This document shows, in pieces, positions 1 to 56,000 of a stretch of DNA of 64,000 nt (position 1 is the stretch's first letter; every line of letters begins with the position of its first letter). The notes under the pieces are model-generated. The model had not been told where the DNA came from. It ran no database searches and saw only the letters and a list, made by a program, of their open reading frames with translations. Source of the stretch: Octopus sinensis (lineage: Eukaryota); assembly GCF_006345805.1 (NCBI RefSeq), contig NC_043004.1:107074001-107138000 (forward strand), written 5' to 3'. The translations under genes were made by a program, and so were the position numbers.

Positions 1-879
1 AGAATCATGAGACATTATTACACCCTAAAAGAGTTCCGTTAAACAGGAAGAAGGTGAGGTGGACTAAGGGTCAGTCAGACAAGCAGCAGCAGAGGGGTTC
101 CCTCCACAACTGTTATCTATTCCAATGATGCTCTAAGACTACTGTGAGAATGGTCGCCTGTAAAGTTGATATTATCCCAAACACACCCAGATCATTAATA
201 AATAACATGCAAAATATCAAAGTATTTAATTGAGAACTGGGTGTGCTGACATTTTTAACTGAATTATAAGATGGTAGTACTGGTTAGTGCTCTGACACTG
301 ACAGTAAAAGTAACAGTGATGTTATTGGGTGTTGGAGACCGTAATAAAAAATGGTGTTCATTGTGAAAGCATCGGTATTAGTAATAGTATCACTGGGAGG
401 GTTGTTGATGTTGATGTTTAGCCATGGGTCAACCATGATTGAGCAGGCCTATGATCAAATCTGTCTCCAGTTGTGACCATCTCATCTTGCTTACAAAGAT
501 GGTATACGATAGTATATCTAAGACTATGTTGTGTTTCTGTTTATTTTTAAAATTACAAGCTGCCATCTGAGGCAAATTTGGTTGCTATTTCTAATGGGTC
601 AAGCAACCACATTGAGCAGGCATGGGATACTCCTTGTTTAATTGTCCTAATTTGAAACTGCTTGCTGATGAAATTTCTAAAAACCCATATAAAAAATAAA
701 AAAAAAAAGAAAGAAAAAAACAGTCTAAAACTTAAGATAAAATCAGTAATTAAATACTGATTATATATCTATAAATTTGTAAATTGGAGAATTAAATATT
801 TTTTTCGTGTTATATACATTCTTGCAGGTTCTTTATGAACATATAATTCACCCTGGTACTAAAGAAGTTCCCTTCCTCT

Positions 880-1380
880 CATTGGTTCATGGTTAGTAGT
901 AATAAGTTATATTGGTAGTAGTGGTTGATGTGGTGGTGGTGGTGGTGTGAAGGGATAGTGAAAAAGAGAACAGCTGTGGTGGTGCTTGCAACAGGACTGT
1001 GACAGTGGTGGTGGTGGTAGTAATGGTAGTAGTAATGTTGATGCAGTGATACTAGTGATGGTGCTTTCAGTAAGACGGTGGTGGTGGGGGTCATGATATT
1101 GGAGGTAGTGTTAATAATGGTGATGATGGTGCTATCATCACCAATGGTGGAGGTATTAAATGCAAATAGTAATATTAAAATGTTAGTGGTAACAGTAGTA
1201 ATACAATGGTTAATGTCAGATGTGGTGGGAGTAGGGTTGAAGGCAATGACAGAAGATATGATGGAAGCACTGGTGGAGGTGGGGTAGCGACTGAGGTGGT
1301 GGTGGTGGTGGTGGTAATGATATTACTGGTGACAGTGTTGATAGGAATAATGGTATTTGTGGTAAACATGATAAAAAGTG
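880..1380. repeat. Degenerate (GGT/GTA/GAT)n trinucleotide low-complexity tract
   Basis: Direct reading; explains the His/Thr/Val-rich spurious ORFs. Confidence 0.85.
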
Positions 1381-1521
1381 TGTTTCCAATCTTGACACTA
1401 TAAACCCACAAATCTCCATATCATTTTTCTGATAGTTCAGTTTCCTGCTCCCATCAGTTTAACCCCTTACCCACAGAACAGAGATAATGGAGCACTGATA
1501 AATGTACAATAGGCTTTTGAA

Positions 1522-1802
1522 CAGGGGTTCCCAAACTTTTTCGGGTTGTCACCCACTAGGCACCTAGGTCACATTTTTAGGGTCCTCCTCATCCCTTATC
1601 ACCACAAACATAGACCAATTTCTGCAGCAAATTCAAAACTATTGTATTTCACATATAAAACTTAACCCACTTAACTCATTATTTTATCATTCTTACATTC
1701 ATTGCCCGTTTTGGCCACCCTATTATCGCCCCCACTTTTCTTCAGCAGATATTCCCACCACCCCCAGAGAGACAGCACCACTCACTTTGGTGGAAACCAC
1801 TG
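1522..1802. mobile_element. hAT-like MITE
   Basis: CAGGGGTTCCCAAA ... TTTGGTGGAAACCACTG ends; target duplication only partly retained. Confidence 0.65.
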
Positions 1803-2079
1803 CTTTCATTGTTGCACACACACACTAACACAGAGGCTTCAACACAGTTTTCATTTACCATGTTCACTCAAGATTTTGACTGACCTGAAGCCATAGTAGA
1901 AGATGCTGAACCAAAGTACTGCACAGTGAGATCGAACTCAAACCGCTGCAGTTACAAAGCAAGTTTCTGGTCACCTCAGTGCCTATCATGTGCAAAACCC
2001 GTTTTTAACCATTTTCAGTCATTTTGCAGGTGAGTGATAATTGTCGAATGTGATGTTCATGAGACACGCATTCACTTAC

Positions 2080-45059
<42,980 letters not shown>

Positions 45060-48000
45060 CTACAAGAGAAACCAAAGGGAAAATTTAAATCATAAGTAGC
45101 AATTTTAAAACATTATTTTAATCTGATACCAGATTATCTCCTCCAATGCCCCTTCCGTTTTAGCAAGACACTTGCCTCTGTCTCTCTGTCACACTCAAAC
45201 CTTTCATCCTCAGACACAAGTTTCCCTCCTCAAATTCCCCCTCCCCTCTCGTAATTCCTTGTCTTGCGAATTACTTGGTGACCCTGTCAATGCTGGTGCC
45301 ATGTAAAAAACATCCAGTCCACACTGTAAAGTGGCTGGTATTTGAAAGGGCATGTAGCAGTAAAAATCATACCAAAATTGACCTCACCCATGCTGGTATC
45401 ATGTAAAAAGCACTAAGTCCACACTGCAGGGTGGTTGGTGTTAGAAAGAGCATTTATCTGTACAACATTAAAATGATAGAGGGACTAAATCTAGAAAAAC
45501 TACACCAGAGTAAGGAACTTTATCAACTCTATGGAGAAAATAATTTCAACTACTATGGTAATGTGTTGAATTGCTGTGTTGTGGTTCAAATGTTGGTTAA
45601 AGTGAATCAACACAGACTATGCACCATTAGAAGTCTTGTCTATAAAACTGTAAGGCCAGATGACAGTAATACAAAAATAAAGAAAGCTCGTAATCATTCT
45701 AGAGAGTAGACTACGAGAATGATTTTTCAAAGAGGTGTGAAAAGGTTTGTTGGCTTTGAAAGAAGTAAGTCAATGACATACAAATAGTAACATTTTCTGT
45801 TGCTTATGGCGATAGAAAAGACTAAATACTAGGTTGAATTTTAGGAGTCAACCATTTACTAGTGTTATTTTGTATAGCCAACTGATTAGCTGCTCTTGGT
45901 GTTGCAGCAGATCATTTATGTTCACTGCTAGAACAGTGATGACTGGAGCCAACTGCCTGCCACAGCAATGGAAGGAGCCAAATAGCTAGGACTAAAGCTG
46001 CCAGCATATTTTATATAGAATGGAGCCAGACAACACTTAATGGTATGGAGACAACTGCAGCTTAGCTGGATGAATTAATATAACTGAGAGGTAAACTTTA
46101 CAGCAGTGTATGGAGGATGTATTATAAACTGATGTCGAAGTATAGTTTCTCGGTTAATTCTCATTAGTCACTATTGTAGAGCCAGATCTACTGAAGACTT
46201 ACTTTCTGGCATCACAAACCAATAGTTCTCTCATACTTGAAAACTTTTTCTTTAGTCTTGATGTCAGCAAAGCCTCCAGCCTTCTCTTATTTTTTGGATC
46301 AGACAGCTACATCACAGTATATTCTTTTCAATCTACATTTCTTCATCAACTCAAGATATTTGAGTCGATAAATCTTGAGTATTCCTCAATATTTAGTTAC
46401 AGCTCCAAAGCTCATCAGCAGAACACAGTGACAAGGCCAACTCTTTGAATTATAGGAACAATCCATTTATACCTGTAATTTAAGGGTCCAGAGTTTCCTT
46501 CCGCCCAATTTCACTCCCAAGACTTAGGTTTACTCAAAGCTTAGGTGGCAGACACTTACCAAAGACCCCAATTCAAGGAAATGAGAATTGCAAAATAAAC
46601 TTCTCAACCAATCAGTTATGACAGAACCCGTACTCTTACCCTACATATTTTCTTTTAATCCCTTCCCAGCTCCAAATGATCACTGCTCAACAACAAGAAA
46701 CCTGTCCTACTCTGGCCCTTTTCTTTCATACTTTACCTCTTTCTACTCCTCATCTCCTAGCATAAACTTGACCCCTCAGGGTTCATAATCTTGCAAGCAG
46801 GTGAGACAAAAAAATGAACACAGCACATACTGTAAAGAGGTCAGTGTTAGGAAATGTATCCACCCATAGAAAGCACACCAAAGCAAGCACTAAAGCCTGG
46901 TGCATTCCTTGGGCTCATTGGATCCTAACACACTGTCAGGCCCATTCTAGAATGAAACATGGAAATTAAAGGATGCCAATGATGATGATGATGATGCAAA
47001 AATCAAAGTGTGTGTGTGTATGTGTGTAAACATAGTTACACAGGTATATTTTAGGATATTCATAAATCTCAGTGATTTATACAAATACTGCATTTTTACA
47101 GTAGCTGTCAAATACACAGATGAACACAAACAGTAGAGAACTAGAATAAAGTAAACACACATAAACAGAGTTCAGCTATAAACAAATCACACACATAAGA
47201 ACAACTTCAAAATTATCTCTATGACTCATAAATGATTATTTTTATCATTTTCCTGAAGTCTTTACTCTCACACGCTTCGTTGCCATCACTACGGTGACTC
47301 ACACTCAAAACTAGTTCCAGTAATTTCAACAGACATTTTCACTTTGTTCATTTCCACAAACATCTTTACACGTGTCAATACAAATACACATGTAATTTTG
47401 TACATGTGCATGTGTACATTAAAACACACACACACACACACATTTTACACCTGCCTTTTGATGCTCCCATGGGTTAGACAAATAAATAAAAATTGAGGTA
47501 TTGTTTTAGCACTGTGTTGTTAAAAAAGGTATAACGATGTAGGTGTACATCTTTGAGACATGTAATAACTGTGTTTGACGACTGAATTAGACAAGCTAAT
47601 CAGGTTGATTTTCCCAGGAGGTCATTGAATCTTGTTTTGTTTTTTATTCATAAAAACAGAACATTTTTGTCAGAAAGTGCCATGAATAAGACCTGCGTGT
47701 AGATATAAATTAAAGCATGAAGGATGGTATCCTCAGTATTGGGGTGTATGAGGTCTGAAGTAATAGTTAGCAGGTCAAAGGTATTAGTGACAAACCCCTG
47801 AGTTCCACCTTGGTTCACAAGAGAAGCTATAAGGGAAAATAGTCTAAGTAGGAACTTTTAATGGAAAAAAATGGTAAGAACTTAAGTAAAAAGTTTTGCA
47901 TGTAGGTTTTGCAGGTAAGGCCATTCCCTTTGGTAAAGGGAATTGGCCTGCAGGAATCCTGTGCCAACGCCACATAAAACTTACTCATGCCGATGCCATA

Positions 48001-49890
48001 TAAAAGTGCGCTCATTAAAAGTACGAAGCACACACTCTAAAGGGGTTGGTGTTAGGAAGAGCATCCAGCCACAGAAACCATGCTAAATCAGACTTGCTAG
48101 CTCTGGTTGAACCATGCAACTCATGCCAGCATGGAAAATGGATGTTAAATGATGATGTTTCTGCACAAGATGGTGTCAAAGACAAAATATTTCGCTTTTG
48201 CCAATATAATACCTATATCTATGGGTGGATTTTTATTTCAAAATACATATCTTCATGAGGAATTTGGGAAGGTTGGTTTGAAAAAGGAGGACGCCCAAAA
48301 CCAGGCAAGATGGCAAGATAGTGTGAGGGCAGTTTCTATGGCAATGAGGTAGATCTGGCCACTTCTGTTAACGAGGGCAAAACCAGGATTTAAAACACTG
48401 GATGATGATGATTTATCTTCAGTCTGTACCAACACTGCCATATTTTAGTCTTACAAAGATAGCCACCTTTAATGGAAGAAAGCAAAGTGCAAAGATTGAA
48501 TACAACTTATTTATAAATTATATGATAAAATGACCCCCACCCAACCACCAAAAAATAAAAATAGTGATATAAACATCACATTTCTCACACCTGCATGTGC
48601 ATAATAGGTACAGTAAACAATTTGATATCAAGTCACATTTGCATACTGAGCAATTACTGATTAAGCAAGTCTTGACCAAACTTCCTTTTTGGTACAACCT
48701 ATATATCAACTGTGTGTTTTTGTTCACACTTAAGTTTTAATAATATATAACTGTGTGTATTCCTTTCTCATAAACACACAAACAGTAGTAAAGCAATTAT
48801 AAACTAGATAAAAGAACTATTCCATTGCCTTGTGGTTTTCCATATGGCTAACTGACCGAGGTAGTAGCACAGAAAACCCATGTTGAAAGCATGCATGAAC
48901 TACTGTCAGATATTTTCACCTGTTTTTTTTTTTTATTTAATTTCTTCTGTTTGGACTCACTGATGGGCAAACACATTGAAATGCACAAGCCCATAGCTTT
49001 AAAAATAGTTAGAGGAGAAAGATGTAGGAGTATTTATAAATAACTGATATTAAAACAATAGTACGACTACAAACTTTGTCCATTTCCACCAATGCCACCT
49101 TTAAAACAACTACTACCATTACTACAGCAACTACTACTACTATCACTGCCAATACCAGAAATAGTACTGCTTGGCTTAGTGGTTAGAGTGTTGGACTCAT
49201 GATCATAAGATTGTGGTTTCAATTCCTGGACTGCGTGGTATGTTTTTGAGTAAATTACTTCATTTCAAGTTGCTCCAGTCCACTCAGCTGGCAAAAATGA
49301 GTTATCCTGCAAAGGACTGGCATCCCATCCAGGTGGGGAATATATACACCACAGAAACCGGCCCTATGAGTCTATGACTTGGGAAGGAACTTTACTGTCA
49401 TGTCCAACAGGACTGCTGATTATATGCCAAGACAGGAAAATGTTTGGAGTTGAACCAAACTTTTTATCCATTTCTAATATTCAGTGAACTCTACTATTTT
49501 CACTCTGACTACACAAGACCCAAATGTAAGCCATCGAGTCGTAGGAATGTTTATGTGGTTAAGATGTTCACTATACAACCACGTGGTTCCAACTTAAATT
49601 CTGTTCCTGAGCTGCAAGAGTCAACACTTCGTTAGGGAAGTTTTGTCTATTGTAGCTTTGGGTCAACCAATACTTTGAGAGTGGAATTTGGTAGGCAGAA
49701 ATCTTGCAGAAGCCAGTCCATTGTAATATCTAATACTCCTTAATGGTCTTTCTCTCAAAACTAACTTCAAAATTTCTTTATAAATGGAATTCTATATCCA
49801 ATGCAAAAAAAAAATAAATAAACAAGAAAAGAACACAACTGCAATTCATTCAAATATAACCAACATCATAAAAATATCTGACCAGGGGCT

Positions 49891-50290
49891 GTGTATAGGC
49901 ACAGGTGTGGTTGTGTATAGGCACATGTGTGGTTGTGTATAGGCACAGGTGTGATTGTGTATAGGCACAGGTGTGGTTGTGTATAGGCACAGGTGTGGTT
50001 GTGTATAGGCACAGGTGTGGTTGTGTATAGACACAGGTGTGGTTGTGTATAGGCACAGGTGTGGTTGTGTATAGGCACAGGTGTGGTTGTGTATAGGCAC
50101 AGGTGTGGTTGTGTATAGGCACAGGTGTGGTTGTGTATAGGCACAGGTGTGGTTGTGTATAGGCACAGGTGTGGTTGTGTATAGGCACAGGTGTGGTTGT
50201 GTATAGGCAAAGGTGTGGATGTGTATAGGCACAGGTGTGGATGTGTATAGGCACAGGTGTGGATGTGTATAGGCACAGGTGTGGCTGTGT
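49891..50290. repeat. 22-bp minisatellite, about 18 copies (GTGTATAGGCACAGGTGTGGTT)
   Basis: Near-perfect head-to-tail units with no spacers. Confidence 0.95.
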
Positions 50291-50698
50291 GACTAGAAGC
50301 TTGCTTCCCAACCACCTTTGGTAAGTGTCTTTTATTATAGCTTTGGGCTGACCAATGCCTTATGAGTGGATTTGGTAGACGGAAAGTGAAAGAAGCCTGT
50401 CATGTGTGCGTGTGTGTGTGTGCGTGCGCCTTTATGTCTGTGTTTGTCCCCTACCGTCACTAGACAACCAATTCTGGTGTGTTCATGTTGCCATATCTTA
50501 GTGGCTCAGCAAAAGAGACCAATAGAATAAATTTTTCATTTCAATAATGGACCAATGTTTAAACTGGAGCTAACTATGAACTATAGCAGGCCACATAAGA
50601 TATGACTCATCATCAGGTGAACTGCACCTATAAAAGAACTCAGTACTCAGTGACGAAATTTAAGTAAGTTACAAAGGAATAGTATGTATTAAACAGTT

Positions 50699-50926
50699 TT
50701 AACCCTTTAGCATCTAAACAGACCATATCTGGCCTTGATATTCTACTTGTTTTATATTAGAACTGGCTACATCCTGCCTCTCACACCTGTTCTACAATGT
50801 TATTCTGAAAATATGCAATCACATTATCAAAATCTCAAAGCCACAAGATAATGCAGGATTAATTCAAAACAAAGTGAATAAATAAGCATTACATTTGACA
50901 GAGCAATCTGAACACTGAAGGGTTGA
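50699..50926. mobile_element. TTAA MITE, same family as 4851-5079, opposite orientation; further copy at 42145-42372
   Basis: TTAACCCTTTAG start; interior matches the reverse complement of 4851-5079. Confidence 0.8.
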
Positions 50927-51574
50927 AGTCATTCTATACAGCATGTATACCGAAGAATATGGTTGCAAAGAACAGTACTCCATAGAATGGATTGAGTACA
51001 GGATGCATACATGGTTTTTAAATTACAATCAGAATTGCATCATATAAAGAATGTTGTAGATTCCACACACAGATTCTTCCCAACCACTTAGTTCAGGCTT
51101 CAGTCCCACTGTTTGGCATCTTAAGCAAGTGTGCAAGTGTCTTCTATAGCCTTGAGTCAACTAAAATCTTGTGAGTGAATTTGGTCGATGGAAACTGAAA
51201 AAAAGCCCATCATGTGTGTGTGTGTGTGTGTGTATATATAAATATATATATATATATAACGCCAACCACTCTCGGAGTGGTTGGCGTTAGGAAGGGCATC
51301 CAGCTGTAGAAACACTGCCAGATCTGACTGGCCTGGTGCAGCCTTCGGGCTCCCCAGACCCCAGTTGAACCGTCCAACCCATGCTAGCATGGAAAGCGGA
51401 CGTTAAACGATGATGATGATATATATAAAAAATAGAAGTTGAAAATGCACTGAGAATAGTTAACATGCTTATATTATATTTAAAGAATTGACTGATTTTC
51501 AAATGTTGAGATAGAAAGACGTGGATTATGCTGCAACTGTCTTGCTTCTGACTAGTGTTTGAAGCTTGTCATAT

Positions 51575-52310
51575 TTTTATAGGAAGTGTGGCCACCCCAA
51601 TTGTGAGACTTGCATCAACCTTATTGAAGACACAACATACAAAGTGAAATCAGGACAGATTTTTACCATTAAAAAATCATTTCACATGTTCTACATGGAA
51701 TTTAATATATGCTGAGGGCGCGTGGCTTAGTGGTTAGGGCATTCGGCTCATGATTGTAAGGTTGTGAGTTCGATTCCCGGCGACGCGTTGTGTCCTTGAG
51801 CAAGACACTTTATTTCACGTTGCTCCAGTCCACTCAGCTGGCAAAAATGAGTTGTACTTGTATTTCAAAGGGTCAGCCTTGTCACTCTCTGTGTCACGCT
51901 GATTATCCCCGAGAACTACGTTAAGGGTACACATGTCTGTGGAATGCTCAGCCATTTGCACGTTAATTTCACGAGCAAGCTGTTCCGTTGATCGTATCAG
52001 CTGGGACCCTCGTCGTCGTAACCGGCGGAGTCTTCAATATATGCTACTAAATGTCAAGGATGTAACGAAGATTATATAGGTAAAACAAAGCTTACTCTCA
52101 GAAATATGTTGACCATTCACCGACAACAAATACAAGACTCCAGTACTAGACAGATTCCCCTGAGTGGGCACAGACATATGTGCAAAAACTAATTTCCCCA
52201 AATTCCAGGTTTTCCCACTCAACTTTTGTCCAGTGAACATCACCGATGAAACACAGATAAACAAAGAAAATACATTCATACAAAAATACAAACCAAGACT
52301 TAAACTTTAA
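51575..52310 (+). pseudogene. Penelope-like element GIY-YIG endonuclease relic, split by a SINE
   Basis: KCGHPNCETC...TCSTWNLIYA | SINE | TKCQGCNEDYIGKTKLTLRNMLTIHRQQI...KENTFIQKYKPRL, with frameshifts. Confidence 0.85.
51714..52035 (+). mobile_element. tRNA-derived SINE, family B, young copy with TSD
   Basis: A box TGGCTTAGTGG and B box GAGTTCGATTCC; TSD AATATATGCT at 51704-51713 and 52036-52045. Relatives near 18270, 27305, 31700, 34028, 42475, 44440, 49165, 57650, 60265 and 60645. Confidence 0.9.
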
Positions 52311-52987
52311 CAGAGTACAAACACAAATAACTATTCACACACAAAACTCATTCTGCTACTTAACGGCTAACAACCTAAACTTTAGTCACTGGACTACATA
52401 CAAATGACTCTTGTCCACTCTCCCACCTGGCAGATTAAATTTAACATGTTCACTCGAGTGTGTTGGCCTTAATTTTCAGCACAAAATATACTGTCACATG
52501 ACACTAATGCACAGATGTAGCAGGAAATGTGCAGAAGGTTCTAAACTTACTCACGTGATCATTCTCTACAACACATCACAGAAAACATCCAGAGCACTGA
52601 TTGATTGGTACTGTCACTAGACACATTCACTCAACCGTGTCAGCCTTAACTAGGACGCCAAACATTGCCACTTGATATTAACACAAGGACATAGTGGGAA
52701 ACCTACAAAACTTTCTAAGACCAGTCATGTGACTACTCTTTACCAATCAAGTCCTATCCAAACCATACTATTTTGACTCATGGACTCCCTATAGAAAGAG
52801 GATGAGCTTCAAACACCAGAAGCAAGACAGTTGTGGCATAACCCACGTCTTTCTACCTCAACTTTTGAAAATCAGTGTAAACTGTGAAACCAGTTAAGTT
52901 TTTAAATATAATAATTTTAACTCTTCTCAGAACATTTTTCAACTATTTTTTCTATATTTCTACCCATGTGGAATAAAATAACTGCTT

Positions 52988-53028
<41 letters not shown>

Positions 53029-53032
<4 letters not shown>

Positions 53033-56000
53033 CATGCAAGAAATAAGGTGGAGAGGAGGATCAGCTAGGTTCCTCACAGGCAAGGAACGCAGGTACAAGA
53101 TTTTCTGGGCAGGGAACACTGACGGGGTTGGTGGCGTGGGTATACTTATCGCTGAGAAATGGGTAGATAAAGTAATTGAGGTAATCAGAGTATGTGACAG
53201 AATACTTAAGATTAGATTAGTGCTTCATCATAGTTTAGCAACCATTATATCAGCCTATGCTCCTCAGTCGGGGCTACCCGATGGACAGAAAGACCGATTC
53301 TATGACACTCTACTGCAGACTACCTCGTTGACGAACGACAGAGACCTTATCTTTGTGGCTGGTGACTTCAATGGTCACGTTGGACGACATGCTGGGGGCT
53401 TCCATGGCGTACATGGAGGCTATGGCTCCCGCAACGAGGAGGGAACCAGGCTGCTGGAGTTCTGCGATGCAAATAATCTTATGATTTGCAACACTAACTT
53501 CAGGAAACCTACCAGCCACCTAGTCACTTACCAATCGGGCCAACATACCAGCCAAATTGACTACATCCTTACAAGGCAAAGGGAGAGATGGCTGCTTATA
53601 AATGCCAAAACCTTCCCAGGTGAAGAATGTACCCCACAACATAGACTGGTAGTTAGTGACTTTAGGATCAGGACTAGGAGGACAACCAGAAGACGACAAA
53701 TATGGAGAAGAAGGATCTGGAAGCTTAAAGATCCTGCAAATGGACAGAGATTTAGGGACATATTACTTGAAGCCTCTGACGAAGTAGAAGGGGATAGAGC
53801 ATCACAGGGGGTAGAAGACAGCTGGACGTTTCTAAGGGACAACCTGCTGAGAGCCACTGACCAGATCTGTGGCTGGTGCAAAGTCCCCTCTCGACCTAGA
53901 ATAACGTGGTGGTGGAACAATATTGTAGACAGGGCTATTAGAGAAAAGAGACAGGCTTGGAAGGTCTGGAAAAATGGGGGTAGCAGGGGATTGTATCAGA
54001 CTGCCAAAAGAGAAGCTAGGAGACAGGTTTATTTAGCCAGAGGGGAAGCAGATAAGAAAAAATTTGCCAATGTTCTGCGCCGTGAGGACCAAAGACTGGA
54101 GGTGTTTCGTGTTGCAAGACAGTGTGTGAGAGAGAATCGTGATGTGGTAGGAGAGAAGTGTGTTCGCATGGAAGATGGTTCACTTGCGCTAAATGAGGAT
54201 GCAAAGAGAGAGGTTTGGAGATGCCACTATGAAAGGTTGCTGAATGAAGAAAATGAATGGGATAAAGAGAGTCTGCCGAATGTTGACCCAACAGAGGGAC
54301 CAGCTATCCGAGTTGATAGTTCCGTGGTAGCTAAGGCAATTAGAAGCATGAAGACAGGGAAAGCCCCAGGCCCATCAGGAATCACTGCAGAGATGCTCAA
54401 AATGTCTGGTAGTGTCGGCTATAGCCTAGTCACCCGTATAGTTAATCAGGTGATACACAAAGGGGTCATACCCAATGACTGGTGTAGCAGTATAATAGTC
54501 AACTGCTACAAAGGTAAAGGTGATGCCCTAGATACAAATAACTACAGAGGTATCAAGCTGTTGGACCAGGTGATGAAGGTTACGGAGAGGGTCATAGCCC
54601 AACTAATTAGAGAGAGAGTTAGTTTAGATGAGATGCAGTTTGGGTTTGTGCCAGGGAAAAGTACTACTGATGCTATATTCCTGGTAAGGCAGCTGCAGGA
54701 GAAATACCTAGCCAAAGATAAGCCCCTGTACCTGGCTTTTGTTGACATGGAGAAAGCCTTCGACAGGGTCCCCCGATCCCTTATCTGGTGGGCAATGAGG
54801 AAACTAGGGATAGATGAATGGTTAGTGAGAGCTGTGCGGGCCATGTACAGGGACGCCGCTAGTAGGGTGAGGGTTGGAAATGTGTACAGTGAAGAATTCC
54901 GGGTAGAGGTAGGAGTCCACCAAGGCTCAGTACTCAGCCCCCTCCTATTTATCATAGTCCTCCAGGCAATAACGGAGGAATTCAAGACAGGATGCCCTTG
55001 GGAGCTCCTCTATGCTGATGACCTTGCTCTAATTGCTGAGTCGCTATCAGAACTGGAGGAGAAGTTTCAGGTGTGGAAACAAGGATTAGAATCGAAGGGC
55101 CTCAGAGTCAATCTAGCTAAAACCAAAGTCGTAATCAGTAGGAAGGTAGACAAATCACAAACACCTTCAGGTAGATGGCCCTGCTCGATCTGTAGAAAAG
55201 GTGTAGGTAGAAACTCTATAAGATGCACCAAGTGTAAGCTATGGACACATAAGAGATGCAGCAATGTCAAAGGAAGGCTAACTAGGAAGATGGTTTTTGT
55301 ATGTGGCAGATGCTCAGGAACAATAAACACTGAAAATGCTCTGAGACCAACTTCCGTCACTTTCCAGGGAGAAAAACTAGAAATAGTTGATAGTTTCCGT
55401 TACCTAGGTGACCAAGTCAGCAGCGGGGGCGGGTGTGCTGAAAGTGTAACTGCTAGAGTAAGAATAGCTTGGGCAAAGTTCAGAGAGCTCTTACCTCTGC
55501 TGGTGACAAAAGGCCTCTCGCACAGAGTGAAAGGCAGACTGTATGATGCGTGTGTACGAACAGCCATGCTACATGGCAGTGAAACATGGGCTTTGACTGC
55601 TGAGGATATGCGTAAGCTCGCTAGAAATGAAGCCAGTATGCTCCGATGGGTGTGTAATGCCGGTACTCACACTCGGCAGAGTGTAAGTACCTTGAGAGAA
55701 AAGCTGGACCTAAGAAGCATCAGTTGTGGTGTGCAAGAGAGACGTTTGCGCTGGTATGGTCATGTGGCGAGAATGGATGAAGATAGTTGTGTGAAAAAGT
55801 GCCACACCCTAGCGGTTGAGGGAACCTGTGGAAGAGGCAGACCCAGGAAAACCTGGGACGAGGTGGTGAAGCACGACCTTCGAACTTTAGGTCTCACTGA
55901 GGAAATGACTAGAGACCGGCAGGACAAGTGAGTCCATAACCCGTGGCCTTCTACATGGGATGGAGCCAGCCTACGTATGCATACCTTCCCTTCTTGGGAC

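Noticed and set aside
879-1419. His-, Thr- and Val-rich ORFs
   Set aside because: Trinucleotide low-complexity DNA open in several frames on both strands, with no splice or domain support.
45480-46800. Possible degenerate coding or transposon fragment
   Set aside because: Short open stretches, but no motif could be assigned by eye; needs TBLASTX or a repeat-library search.
49891-50290. CRISPR-like array, or the coding repeat ORFs 49846-50315
   Set aside because: Units are contiguous with no unique spacers; no cas genes; eukaryotic context. The ORFs are by-products of a 22-bp repeat.
50590-50620. Minus-strand CTGATGA as another hammerhead (similar cases at 30125, 39128 and 46401)
   Set aside because: No correctly placed stem II, GAAA and UH; compatible with chance.
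51714-51790. tRNA gene
   Set aside because: A and B boxes are present, but acceptor and anticodon stems do not pair well, and it continues into a SINE body with a TSD.
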